A stretch of DNA of 64,000 bases from Nitrospiraceae bacterium (lineage in GTDB: Bacteria; Nitrospirota; Thermodesulfovibrionia; Thermodesulfovibrionales; UBA6898): the NCBI GenBank assembly GCA_020347665.1, contig CP070737.1, positions 1,190,055 through 1,254,054 on the forward strand, read 5' to 3'. Position numbers and translations under genes: made by a program. Below, one piece after another: positions 43,857 to 52,442 of the stretch; positions within the stretch are counted from its first letter, which is position 1; every line of letters begins with the position of its first letter. The notes beneath the pieces were generated by a model. That model saw nothing but the letters and a program-made list of their open reading frames with translations. It searched no databases and was not told where the DNA came from.

Positions 43857-45914
43857 ATGAAAAAAAAATTAATGGTGAACAGTATTATCGTGCTGGTCCT
43901 GATAGTCATGTTTGTTCTTGTATTCATTACCGCGTGCACGGACCGTGATGTTGAACAACAAACTGTTTCAAAGCCACGTGGTGCTCTGGTTACAGGATTA
44001 CAATATCCAGTAAAGGAAGTGATTGTCGGGCACGATTCTACAAGGCCGCGTGGTGCACCAGAAGGGGTATCTAACACGGCAGGCCAGGACCTTTCTCCTG
44101 TGGTAAATGGATTTAAGTCCCCGGCATATCGGGCAGATGAACACGGGAAGGAATACAAGCAATGGGCAGGGACGATCATGGCAAACGCCATGCGTGATCC
44201 AGCATTCTTTGCCACCCTATCGGTTGCCAACCAAGACATGATAAAGCTTATTAACAATGTTTATAACAGACCGGAAAATATCAAAAAAATCTTTACCGGT
44301 GATGCCAAAGACTTTAACAACGTTGCACAGCTCTTAGAACTTCTCAAACTTGATAAAGAAAATATCAAGAAAAAGGGGAAAAAACTTCAGCCAGAGAATA
44401 TTCTCCCTGTAACTGCCGATCTCTGTTTGCGTTGCCACTCGCCGGTAGGCTGGATGGAAGGCCGTTCTGAGCCGAAGACAAAAGTCTTCCCGTTTCTGAA
44501 AGGGCAGTTCTGGGGAGCAGCATTTCTCGAAAATCCCTTTGACAATGACGGAAATCCGCGTTCTGTTAACTTAACCAAGGAATCCGAGACAGGGATGGAA
44601 GGAATTCAGTGCGACTTCTGCCACAGGATTCAGGATACGTTTAAGAGAAAATCTCTTTATGACGGAAGCGAAATCTCGAACGGAATCGGCGGTTTTTTCG
44701 TTGATCGCCATAATCCGTTCTGCGAAGATACCTATGATGAAAACGGAGATTGTAGAGAGGGAAAATATACAACATCGAGCGTTTTTCAGAAGGAAGGCAC
44801 TTTCTGCGGTACCTGCCATGACGTTACAAACCCACTTATCAGGACGAGAACGGTGGTCAACGGCAAAATTCCGGAAGATATGCCGCACCCCATCGAGAGA
44901 ACCTATACCGAGTGGTACTGGAGTGATTACCGGCAAAAGAGGACGTGCCAGGACTGTCACAATCCAATGTCGTTTCCGGGCGCACAGACCTGGATGATTT
45001 CCCCAGTGCTCGAAGAACTCTGGGGCGACGTGGATGAAAAGTGGCGCGCGGAACCCTATAATTATGATACACCGGACCGTACCTCCCTTTGGAAGGAAGC
45101 AATGGAACGGAACAGGAAATACATGCAGAGAGAAGCCGCTGAAATGTCTTTTATCAATACATCTGTTCAAGGTAATACTATTAACCTTGAAGTTAAGATA
45201 ATAAACAAATGCGGACATAAGCTTCCAACCGGTTTTGCTGAAGGCAGACAGATGTGGTTACACATCACAGCAACAGACGATGCAGGCAAGGTAATCTTTG
45301 AGAGCGGTTATTTGGACGATGGGTATCTCATCCGGGACAAATACAGGGAAAATGGGAAAATTGTGGATGACCCCGATAAGAATATGATCAAGGTCTATGA
45401 AATGGAAGCCATAGCCGACGGGTATGATGAATCAGTTATAACAAAAGAGAATGAGCATTTCCATTTTATCCTCATGAACAAAATAGTAAAAGACAATCGG
45501 ATCCCACCTAAAGGTTTCAACAAGGAAGCATATACTGCTGACGGTGCCTTCATTATTCCGCATGATCCCAAGGATACTGACTATGCTGACGGGCAGTACT
45601 GGGATGTAACACCTTATACCTTTACGGTTCCAGAAGGGGAAATTAGTAAGATCTCTGTTACCGCTACTCTGAACTATCAGACCTTTAGCAGGGAGTATAT
45701 CGATTTTTTGAAGAACAACGATGTTGAGCTTACTGAGGAATGCGGTGGCCGGGCCAGGAATCTCCCGATTATCGGGTCATATGATGGTACCGATTGCGAT
45801 AACTACGGTACCTGGGGATTAACGCTATATGACCTTTGGGAGAAAGCCAATATGGGCCCGCCTGTAATAGTGCAAGAGTCATCAATCGAAATCCCGCTCG
45901 ATAGAAATAAATAA
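43857..45914 (+). CDS. tetrahaem c-type cytochrome lipoprotein of an uncharacterised family
   Basis: Lipobox ITAC (Cys27). CxxCH at C190, C252, C317 and C364. Family-like motifs MANAMRDPAFFA, CLRCHSPVGWMEGRS and NKCGHKLPTGFAEGRQMWL. Confidence 0.75.
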   Translation: MKKKLMVNSIIVLVLIVMFVLVFITACTDRDVEQQTVSKPRGALVTGLQYPVKEVIVGHDSTRPRGAPEGVSNTAGQDLSPVVNGFKSPAYRADEHGKEYKQWAGTIMANAMRDPAFFATLSVANQDMIKLINNVYNRPENIKKIFTGDAKDFNNVAQLLELLKLDKENIKKKGKKLQPENILPVTADLCLRCHSPVGWMEGRSEPKTKVFPFLKGQFWGAAFLENPFDNDGNPRSVNLTKESETGMEGIQCDFCHRIQDTFKRKSLYDGSEISNGIGGFFVDRHNPFCEDTYDENGDCREGKYTTSSVFQKEGTFCGTCHDVTNPLIRTRTVVNGKIPEDMPHPIERTYTEWYWSDYRQKRTCQDCHNPMSFPGAQTWMISPVLEELWGDVDEKWRAEPYNYDTPDRTSLWKEAMERNRKYMQREAAEMSFINTSVQGNTINLEVKIINKCGHKLPTGFAEGRQMWLHITATDDAGKVIFESGYLDDGYLIRDKYRENGKIVDDPDKNMIKVYEMEAIADGYDESVITKENEHFHFILMNKIVKDNRIPPKGFNKEAYTADGAFIIPHDPKDTDYADGQYWDVTPYTFTVPEGEISKISVTATLNYQTFSREYIDFLKNNDVELTEECGGRARNLPIIGSYDGTDCDNYGTWGLTLYDLWEKANMGPPVIVQESSIEIPLDRNK

Positions 45915-46103
45915 GAAGGGTAGATAAGAAGACGAAACCTGCTACTCCTGAAAATATCATTCCTCGAACACTGAAAATCAACATGTGTAAATGTCTATCT
46001 GAGAAAAACATTTATTTATGAAGCACGCAATTACATTTTTGGATATCTTATTCCAGTAAAGATTGATAAAAAACCTTTTGGTTTAAAATGTCATAATTAT
46101 TTC

Positions 46104-46517
46104 TTATTTAATTCCAGGACACAGCTCATTATGAATGATTTTTGACGGGCTCCCCACGATGATACCCCGCCATCGTGACTTTGTTGCTGAGAAACGTTCG
46201 ACTATTCGAAATCTGTACCGGGGACAATCGAACTCCAGACGGTCTATATATTCTTTATTTCCGACAACTGTTTTTGCCTCAGTCACAAGGAAACTCGTCG
46301 AAGAATATATTATACTTTCTGTATTTATATAGACTGTGGCACCGTCCTCGGTCTTGCCGAGCGCTTTCCATTTGCCGGCTCTCCTGATTCCAGGTTCTTC
46401 ATAATAAGGCGCGGTCCAGGGTCTGAATACATCACACGAAGCTATAAGCACCGTAATGACTACCAGGAAAACGACATATGGTATCTTCATATCACTGGGA
46501 TGACCCCTCCGCTCCAT
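46104..46517 (-). CDS. small lipoprotein, possibly surface-adhesin-E-like
   Basis: Lipobox LIASC. Pattern ..VYINTESI...EFDCPRYRFRI. The start may be ATG 46490. Confidence 0.45.
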   Translation of the reverse strand: MERRGHPSDMKIPYVVFLVVITVLIASCDVFRPWTAPYYEEPGIRRAGKWKALGKTEDGATVYINTESIIYSSTSFLVTEAKTVVGNKEYIDRLEFDCPRYRFRIVERFSATKSRWRGIIVGSPSKIIHNELCPGIK

Positions 46518-46868
46518 ACTCTTTTATGATAATGCCAGGTTTTGGATAGATGGTTTACTCTTGATACCCCTGTATGAATGGATATTTCCATGTAGTCAGG
46601 TAGTGTGATGATGACATTTACCGATGACTGTTTCATGCATATGCCCCCTTGGATTTAGCATAACGAAAACTAATTCAGATTACAAATCAAAGAGGCAATT
46701 GTTACAGGATACTGCTTCTCACAGAATACTGTTATAGGAAAACATATGTACGCTAGAACATATGAAGCTGGTCTATGCTAAAGTAATAGGGCTATAGGAT
46801 CTGCGTGAATGTCTTGTCGATTCATGCTCAGGTTGTTTTGAAGTTCGGCTTGTGAGGAGCAGAATGCA

Positions 46869-48296
46869 TTGAAGAAACTAAAAGTTGTAATTGTTGCAAT
46901 CTGGATTTATATGATCTCTCTATCCCCGGTATTTGCTTCCGGGGGGGATCCTCATATTGGAGAGTATCTACCGCTCTATAGTGTACTACCTTTTGTCGGG
47001 ATGCTTCTTTCAATAGCGATCTTTCCTCTCGTAGCACCACGATTCTGGCACCATCATTTTGGGAAAGTATCCGCATTCTGGTCCGTGGTTATTATTATTC
47101 CTCTTCTGGTCGCGTATAAGGCGACAGCGCTTCATGAAATATTGCATATAATACTCGCGGACTATATCCCTTTTATTATACTGCTCGGTTCGCTCTATAC
47201 CGTGTCTGGGGGTATTCTTTTAAAAGGGACGTTGCGGGGCACGCCTGTGGTGAACACGGTCATGATTACAATCGGGACTCTCCTTGCATCATGGATGGGA
47301 ACTACGGGTGCAGCGATGCTTCTTATCAGACCTTTTCTGCGTGCCAATGCCCACAGAAAGAGCCGGACATTCATGGTGGTCTTTTTCATCTTTACGGTTG
47401 CAAATATCGGGGGCTCTCTGACGCCCTTGGGTGATCCGCCACTTTTTCTGGGTTTTCTCCGGGGTGTGCCTTTCTTCTGGACATTTAATCTTCTGCCGCA
47501 TATGATCATTGCAGTATCTATCCTCATTGTTCTCTATTTTGTCTTTGACATGTATTTTTATAAGAAGGAGGGTATTCAATCTCCTCCTGATGATGGAACA
47601 AAGGAACCTATCAGGCTTGAAGGTATCCAGAATTTTTTATTTATCGCAGGTATTGTTGGAGCGGTACTTCTGAGCGGTATGGTCCATTGGGGTGAGCTGT
47701 CATTACTCGGGGTGCATCGGGCAATTCAGGATATAGTGAGGGATGTCCTTTTGGTGATGATGGGATTATTGTCTCTGATATTTACGAAAAGAAGGATACG
47801 TGAAGATAACGATTTTACCTGGTTTCCCATTAAAGAGGTGGCCATTCTGTTTATCGGCATATTTCTTACGATGATCCCCTGTTTGAAAATACTGCAGGCA
47901 GGCACAAAGGGAGAGCTGGATTTCATCATTGCTGCGGTGCAGAATCCCGTCCACTATTTCTGGATAACCGGTACTCTTTCTGCTTTCCTTGACAATGCCC
48001 CTACCTATCTGACCTTTCTGAGCACTGCAATGGGCTCCTTTTATAGCGGAGTTCCTGAAACACAGGCTGTTACCCTGTTAATAAAGGAGAATCCCCTGTT
48101 CCTTCTTGCGATTTCTGCTGGCGCTGTTTTTTTTGGTGCAAATACCTATATTGGAAACGCTCCGAACTTTATGGTCCGTTCTATCGCGGAAGAGTCAGGA
48201 ACGCCTATGCCGAGTTTTTTCGGATATATGATAAAATATTCTATACCGATACTTGTTCCGGTTTTTATCGTGATAACGTTCATTTTCTTTTTGTAA
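46869..48296 (+). CDS. ArsB/NhaD-superfamily sodium:proton antiporter-like permease
   Basis: ~12 TM. Segments GGSLTPLGDPP and LDNAPTYL are typical of the family. TTG start in the track. Confidence 0.65.
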   Translation: MKKLKVVIVAIWIYMISLSPVFASGGDPHIGEYLPLYSVLPFVGMLLSIAIFPLVAPRFWHHHFGKVSAFWSVVIIIPLLVAYKATALHEILHIILADYIPFIILLGSLYTVSGGILLKGTLRGTPVVNTVMITIGTLLASWMGTTGAAMLLIRPFLRANAHRKSRTFMVVFFIFTVANIGGSLTPLGDPPLFLGFLRGVPFFWTFNLLPHMIIAVSILIVLYFVFDMYFYKKEGIQSPPDDGTKEPIRLEGIQNFLFIAGIVGAVLLSGMVHWGELSLLGVHRAIQDIVRDVLLVMMGLLSLIFTKRRIREDNDFTWFPIKEVAILFIGIFLTMIPCLKILQAGTKGELDFIIAAVQNPVHYFWITGTLSAFLDNAPTYLTFLSTAMGSFYSGVPETQAVTLLIKENPLFLLAISAGAVFFGANTYIGNAPNFMVRSIAEESGTPMPSFFGYMIKYSIPILVPVFIVITFIFFL

Positions 48297-48307
48297 GGGG
48301 TCCAAAC

Positions 48308-49195
48308 ATGACCATAAGAAAAATATTGTTCCCGACAAAATTCAGAGAGTATGCATTTAACTCTCTGGAATCTCTCTTTGTGCTCAAAAAGGCCGGACTC
48401 AGGGAAATTATCCTCTATTATGTGATCCCGAGGGATGACGTTGGTTTCGTACCATTTGGCGGATATCTCAAGAAAGAGGAAGAGAGACTCAGGGAAGAGG
48501 CAAAAGTGCGGTTTGAAAACTGGCAAAAGTCTCTTTCAGAACAGGGGATAGAGAACAGGGTAATCATAGAGGTTGGAGATCCTGTCCCTCAGATTTTGTC
48601 TGTTGCCGAGAGAGAGAAAGTGGATTTGATCGTTGTGGGAAAGAAGAAAGGGACATTTTTTGAAAACTCCTTTGTCGGAACAGGAACCCTGAAGATTGTA
48701 ACCAGAAGCAGGATACCCACTCTGGCCAGCAAGTATATGGTCGAATTTGAGTGCGACGGTGAATGTGTATTACGCACAAACAGAGACAAATTCACGAGGC
48801 CTCTATTCCCCACGGACTTCTCGGATCGTTCTGAAAAGGCATTGAACCTTTTGGTTTCACTGAAAAATATTATTGAGAAGGTCTACCTGTGCCATATTAT
48901 TGAAACAAGAGATTCAAAAGGACATTCCGAAAAGGAGTGGCAGAAGATAGAACTTGAGAGGAAGAAGCTCCTTGAGGGGTATGCCTCTACATTGAGATCA
49001 ACAGGTCTTGAGACGAAAGAGCTCCTTGGGGCGGGAACTATTTCTGATGAAGTGATACGGATATCGCGCGGGACAGATGCAACGTTGATAATCATGGGGA
49101 CATCGCGCAAGGATCGTTTGCATGAGTTATTTCAGGGAAGTGATTCTCACCGTGTTACGCAGTTGTCTGAACTACCTACTCTGCTAGTTCCGTAA
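48308..49195 (+). CDS. tandem universal stress protein (two UspA domains)
   Basis: Two repeats ending in G..G (VVGKKKGTFFENSFVGTG; IMGTSRKDRLHELFQGS) of the Usp ATP-binding type. Confidence 0.75.
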   Translation: MTIRKILFPTKFREYAFNSLESLFVLKKAGLREIILYYVIPRDDVGFVPFGGYLKKEEERLREEAKVRFENWQKSLSEQGIENRVIIEVGDPVPQILSVAEREKVDLIVVGKKKGTFFENSFVGTGTLKIVTRSRIPTLASKYMVEFECDGECVLRTNRDKFTRPLFPTDFSDRSEKALNLLVSLKNIIEKVYLCHIIETRDSKGHSEKEWQKIELERKKLLEGYASTLRSTGLETKELLGAGTISDEVIRISRGTDATLIIMGTSRKDRLHELFQGSDSHRVTQLSELPTLLVP

Positions 49196-49201
49196 CTGGT
49201 A

Positions 49202-50650
49202 TTATTTTTTCCAGAATTGAGGCACAAGTAAAATCAAAACCGTGTATATTTCAAGTCTGCCTATGAGCATGCAGCCTATGAGTATCCACTTCCCGGCAAG
49301 AGGGATTGCTGCATAATTTTCCGCCGGTCCTGCTGTTCCAAGAGCGGGACCAACATTACTCATAGCCGAGATGACTGTTGTCGCGGATGTGATCATGTCA
49401 TTACCGATTGCCGTCATGCCAATGGTTGCAACCATACAGACCAGAATGAACAGGAAGAGAAACCCCCAGATGCTCCCAAGAACCTCTTTGTTAAGGTTTC
49501 TCTCATCAAGTTTTACCGTCGTTACGGCATGTGGGTGTATCAGCTGATAGATTTCCCGGTAGCCCTGCTTCAGCATAAGCAGAATGCGAACCTGCTTTAT
49601 TCCACCTCCGGTTGAGCCGATCATTCCGCCAAAAAACATTGAAATGATCAGCAGCATTTTTGTAACCGGGACCCACTCCTCAAAATTTGCCGTTGAATAT
49701 CCGGTCGTTGTCATGATTGAAGAGACCTGAAAAAAAGCGTATCTCAAAGAATCACCGACTGAATCATAGGAGGTTTTCCATAATCCAAACGTAACCAGTA
49801 TCGTAGTACTAGCAACAATAGTCATATAGAACTTAAATTCTGTGCTCTTCCATAATCGTGAGGTTTTCCCGCGGAAGACATGGAAATAAAGGGAGTAGTT
49901 AATTCCTGCCAGAAGCATAAAAACACTCGCGGTATACTCAATGAAAGGACTCTGAAAGGAGGCCATACTCGCATTCTTTGTCGAGAAGCCTCCGGTTGCC
50001 ATTGTTGTGAACGCATGACATATGGCATTGAAGAAATCCATTCCGCCAACGAGGAAGAATGCAGCGGCAAGACACGTCAAGCCAAAGTATATAAACCAGA
50101 GGGCTTTTGCTGTGTCAATAATCCGTGGCCGCAATTTGTCGACACTGATCTCGGGCACTTCTGCCTTGAAGAGCTGCATTCCACCGGTCCCCAGGAGGGG
50201 CAGTATGGCCAGAGCGAAAAGAATGATACCCATGCCGCCCAACCATTGAGTAAGACTTCTCCAGAACAACATGCCATAGGAAGCCGATTCGATATCATTG
50301 AGTACCGAAGATCCCGTTGTTGTAAAACCTGCCATAGATTCAAAATAGGCATTGCTAAAGGAGTCAAATGTGCCGGTTAGCAGATAGGGAATGGCACCGA
50401 AAAAAGCAATACTTATCCAGCCGAGTGTCACGACCAAAAAAGCATCTCGATGTCTGATTTCTTCTCTTTGCTGATGACCAGTGAGAAAGAAGAGTATGAT
50501 TCCAGAAATAAACGTAACAAGGCAAGATATCATAAGTGGTATGGTATCAGTCTGATCATAAACGAGAGACACAACCACAGGCAATATCATGAAAAGGGAT
50601 ATGAATATCAGGACGATACCGATCGTATTCAGAACCATTTTCAGATTCAT
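49202..50650 (-). CDS. trkH: TrkH-family potassium uptake membrane subunit
   Basis: Repeated pore-loop motifs (TTTGSS, MATGGFST, TTTGYST, SNVGP). Confidence 0.88.
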   Translation of the reverse strand: MNLKMVLNTIGIVLIFISLFMILPVVVSLVYDQTDTIPLMISCLVTFISGIILFFLTGHQQREEIRHRDAFLVVTLGWISIAFFGAIPYLLTGTFDSFSNAYFESMAGFTTTGSSVLNDIESASYGMLFWRSLTQWLGGMGIILFALAILPLLGTGGMQLFKAEVPEISVDKLRPRIIDTAKALWFIYFGLTCLAAAFFLVGGMDFFNAICHAFTTMATGGFSTKNASMASFQSPFIEYTASVFMLLAGINYSLYFHVFRGKTSRLWKSTEFKFYMTIVASTTILVTFGLWKTSYDSVGDSLRYAFFQVSSIMTTTGYSTANFEEWVPVTKMLLIISMFFGGMIGSTGGGIKQVRILLMLKQGYREIYQLIHPHAVTTVKLDERNLNKEVLGSIWGFLFLFILVCMVATIGMTAIGNDMITSATTVISAMSNVGPALGTAGPAENYAAIPLAGKWILIGCMLIGRLEIYTVLILLVPQFWKK

Positions 50651-50716
50651 CGGTTTTGATGTATATCCTTTTCGATCAGATTATCTGCGGAACGAAACAG
50701 CCTCATAATGAAATAA

Positions 50717-52057
50717 TCACTTGATAATCTTTTCAACTTCCTTAATCGACTCTCTCAATGCGAAGATGATAAGTTTATCGTCATTCCGTATCACGTCCGT
50801 CCCTGTAGGAATGATTACATCTTCTCCCCTAATGATCGTTCCTATCAGAGAAGCGGCCGGGAGATTTGTGTCTTTCAATGGCTTGCCAATAAGTCTGGAT
50901 GATTTGCCAACCCGTGCCTCAATAACCTCGGCGTTTCCCTCCGCAATAGTAGTCAGGGAAAGGATATCACCTTCTCGAACATATCTGAGTATCGTACTTG
51001 CCGTGATAATTCTGGGACTCAAAACAGCCTCAAGCCCGAGACTATGAGCAATGGGTATGTAGTCAGTTCTGCTCACAATAGCGATGGCCTTTCTTACCCC
51101 CAACTTCTTAGCGAGCAGAGAAGCCATGATGTTCAGTTCCTCATTATTGGATACTGCGACGAAAACGTCCATATCACCGATATTTTCCTCGAGAAGCAGT
51201 TTTTGATCAGCTCCGTCGCCCTGAAGCACAAGAGATCTTCCAAGATATTTACTCAGATATTTACAACGGTCCAAATCCTTCTCTATGATTTTTATATCCG
51301 CCATATGCTCCATAGTCGAAGCAATGTAATAACCAATTTTCCCTCCACCGAGGAGCATAATCCTTTTTGCGGGTTTCGTTGATACTTCCAGCATTTTTGC
51401 GGTATCCGAAAGCTCCCATTTCTTTATTGGAAGGTAAATGATATCATTTTCTTTTATGGTATCGTTTCCTGATGGAATAATGGTTTTGCCTTCGCGCTCA
51501 ATAACACCAATAATAAAATTTTGATTCATGGATTCCCGCAACGATTTAAGGGTTTCTCCTGCAAGGCGATTTTTTTCGCCTACCTTAAATCCGATAATTT
51601 TTATGATGCCTTCCTCGAAGTCTTCGACGTCTGTGGCAAAAGGGATCTCCAGCAGACGAGTAATAGCTCTGGCGACCTCAAGCTCAGGATTTATGGCAGG
51701 ATTTATATCAAGATTTTCCTCACTGAGTAGTCCCCGGTTAAAAAAATAATCCGGTGTCCTAATCCGGGCTATTTTACGGGGAATATTGAACATGACCCTG
51801 GCAAGAAGGCAGGCAATCATGTTTGCTTCGTCGCTATTGGTAACGGCGAGTAGTATATCGGCCTCATCAGCTCCGCCTTCCTTCAAAGCCGATGGATCAC
51901 CGCCTTCAGCTTCAACAACCGCAACATCCATCTCTGCGCTGATACGCTTTAATTTTTCTTTATCCCGGTCAATTACAACAACATCCACATCTTCAAGAAC
52001 CAGGAATTTAGCAATCTGGTATCCTACTTCACCAGCCCCAACAATAATTACGCGCAT
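50717..52057 (-). CDS. trkA: Trk system NAD-binding subunit TrkA (double RCK)
   Basis: IIVGAGEVGYQIA and LLGGGKIGYYIA Rossmann motifs, each followed by a TrkA-C segment. Confidence 0.88.
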   Translation of the reverse strand: MRVIIVGAGEVGYQIAKFLVLEDVDVVVIDRDKEKLKRISAEMDVAVVEAEGGDPSALKEGGADEADILLAVTNSDEANMIACLLARVMFNIPRKIARIRTPDYFFNRGLLSEENLDINPAINPELEVARAITRLLEIPFATDVEDFEEGIIKIIGFKVGEKNRLAGETLKSLRESMNQNFIIGVIEREGKTIIPSGNDTIKENDIIYLPIKKWELSDTAKMLEVSTKPAKRIMLLGGGKIGYYIASTMEHMADIKIIEKDLDRCKYLSKYLGRSLVLQGDGADQKLLLEENIGDMDVFVAVSNNEELNIMASLLAKKLGVRKAIAIVSRTDYIPIAHSLGLEAVLSPRIITASTILRYVREGDILSLTTIAEGNAEVIEARVGKSSRLIGKPLKDTNLPAASLIGTIIRGEDVIIPTGTDVIRNDDKLIIFALRESIKEVEKIIK

Positions 52058-52442
52058 GGCAAATTATATCATAACTCCAGTATCGTAAACAGCCTTATAG
52101 TTCAAGGGAAAGGCTCTTTAAACATTTGTGTATTAGTTCATGTTCAGGAATAGATCGAATACATACCTGAGCACGTGCACCGTATCGTCGGGAGAATAGA
52201 GAACTCTAGCTAAATCAATGACAGCGATGAACACCTTTTTTTATTGAAATCACTACGAAGTATTCTAAAATATCCTTAATAAAGAAGCCTGATAGTAGTA
52301 ATATTTTTGTCTGACAAATAAAATTGATGGGATTATGTTGTATTCTAAAAGATACTCTATTGAGGTCCTGAACACATGGAAAGACGCACTAAGCAGCAAT
52401 GGAATATAATGAAAGCACAGTCGAATAGTCTTTATTTTTATA

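Noticed and set aside
44571-45218. 215-aa minus-strand ORF
   Set aside because: It is antisense to the haem-binding region of the cytochrome gene and has no independent signals.
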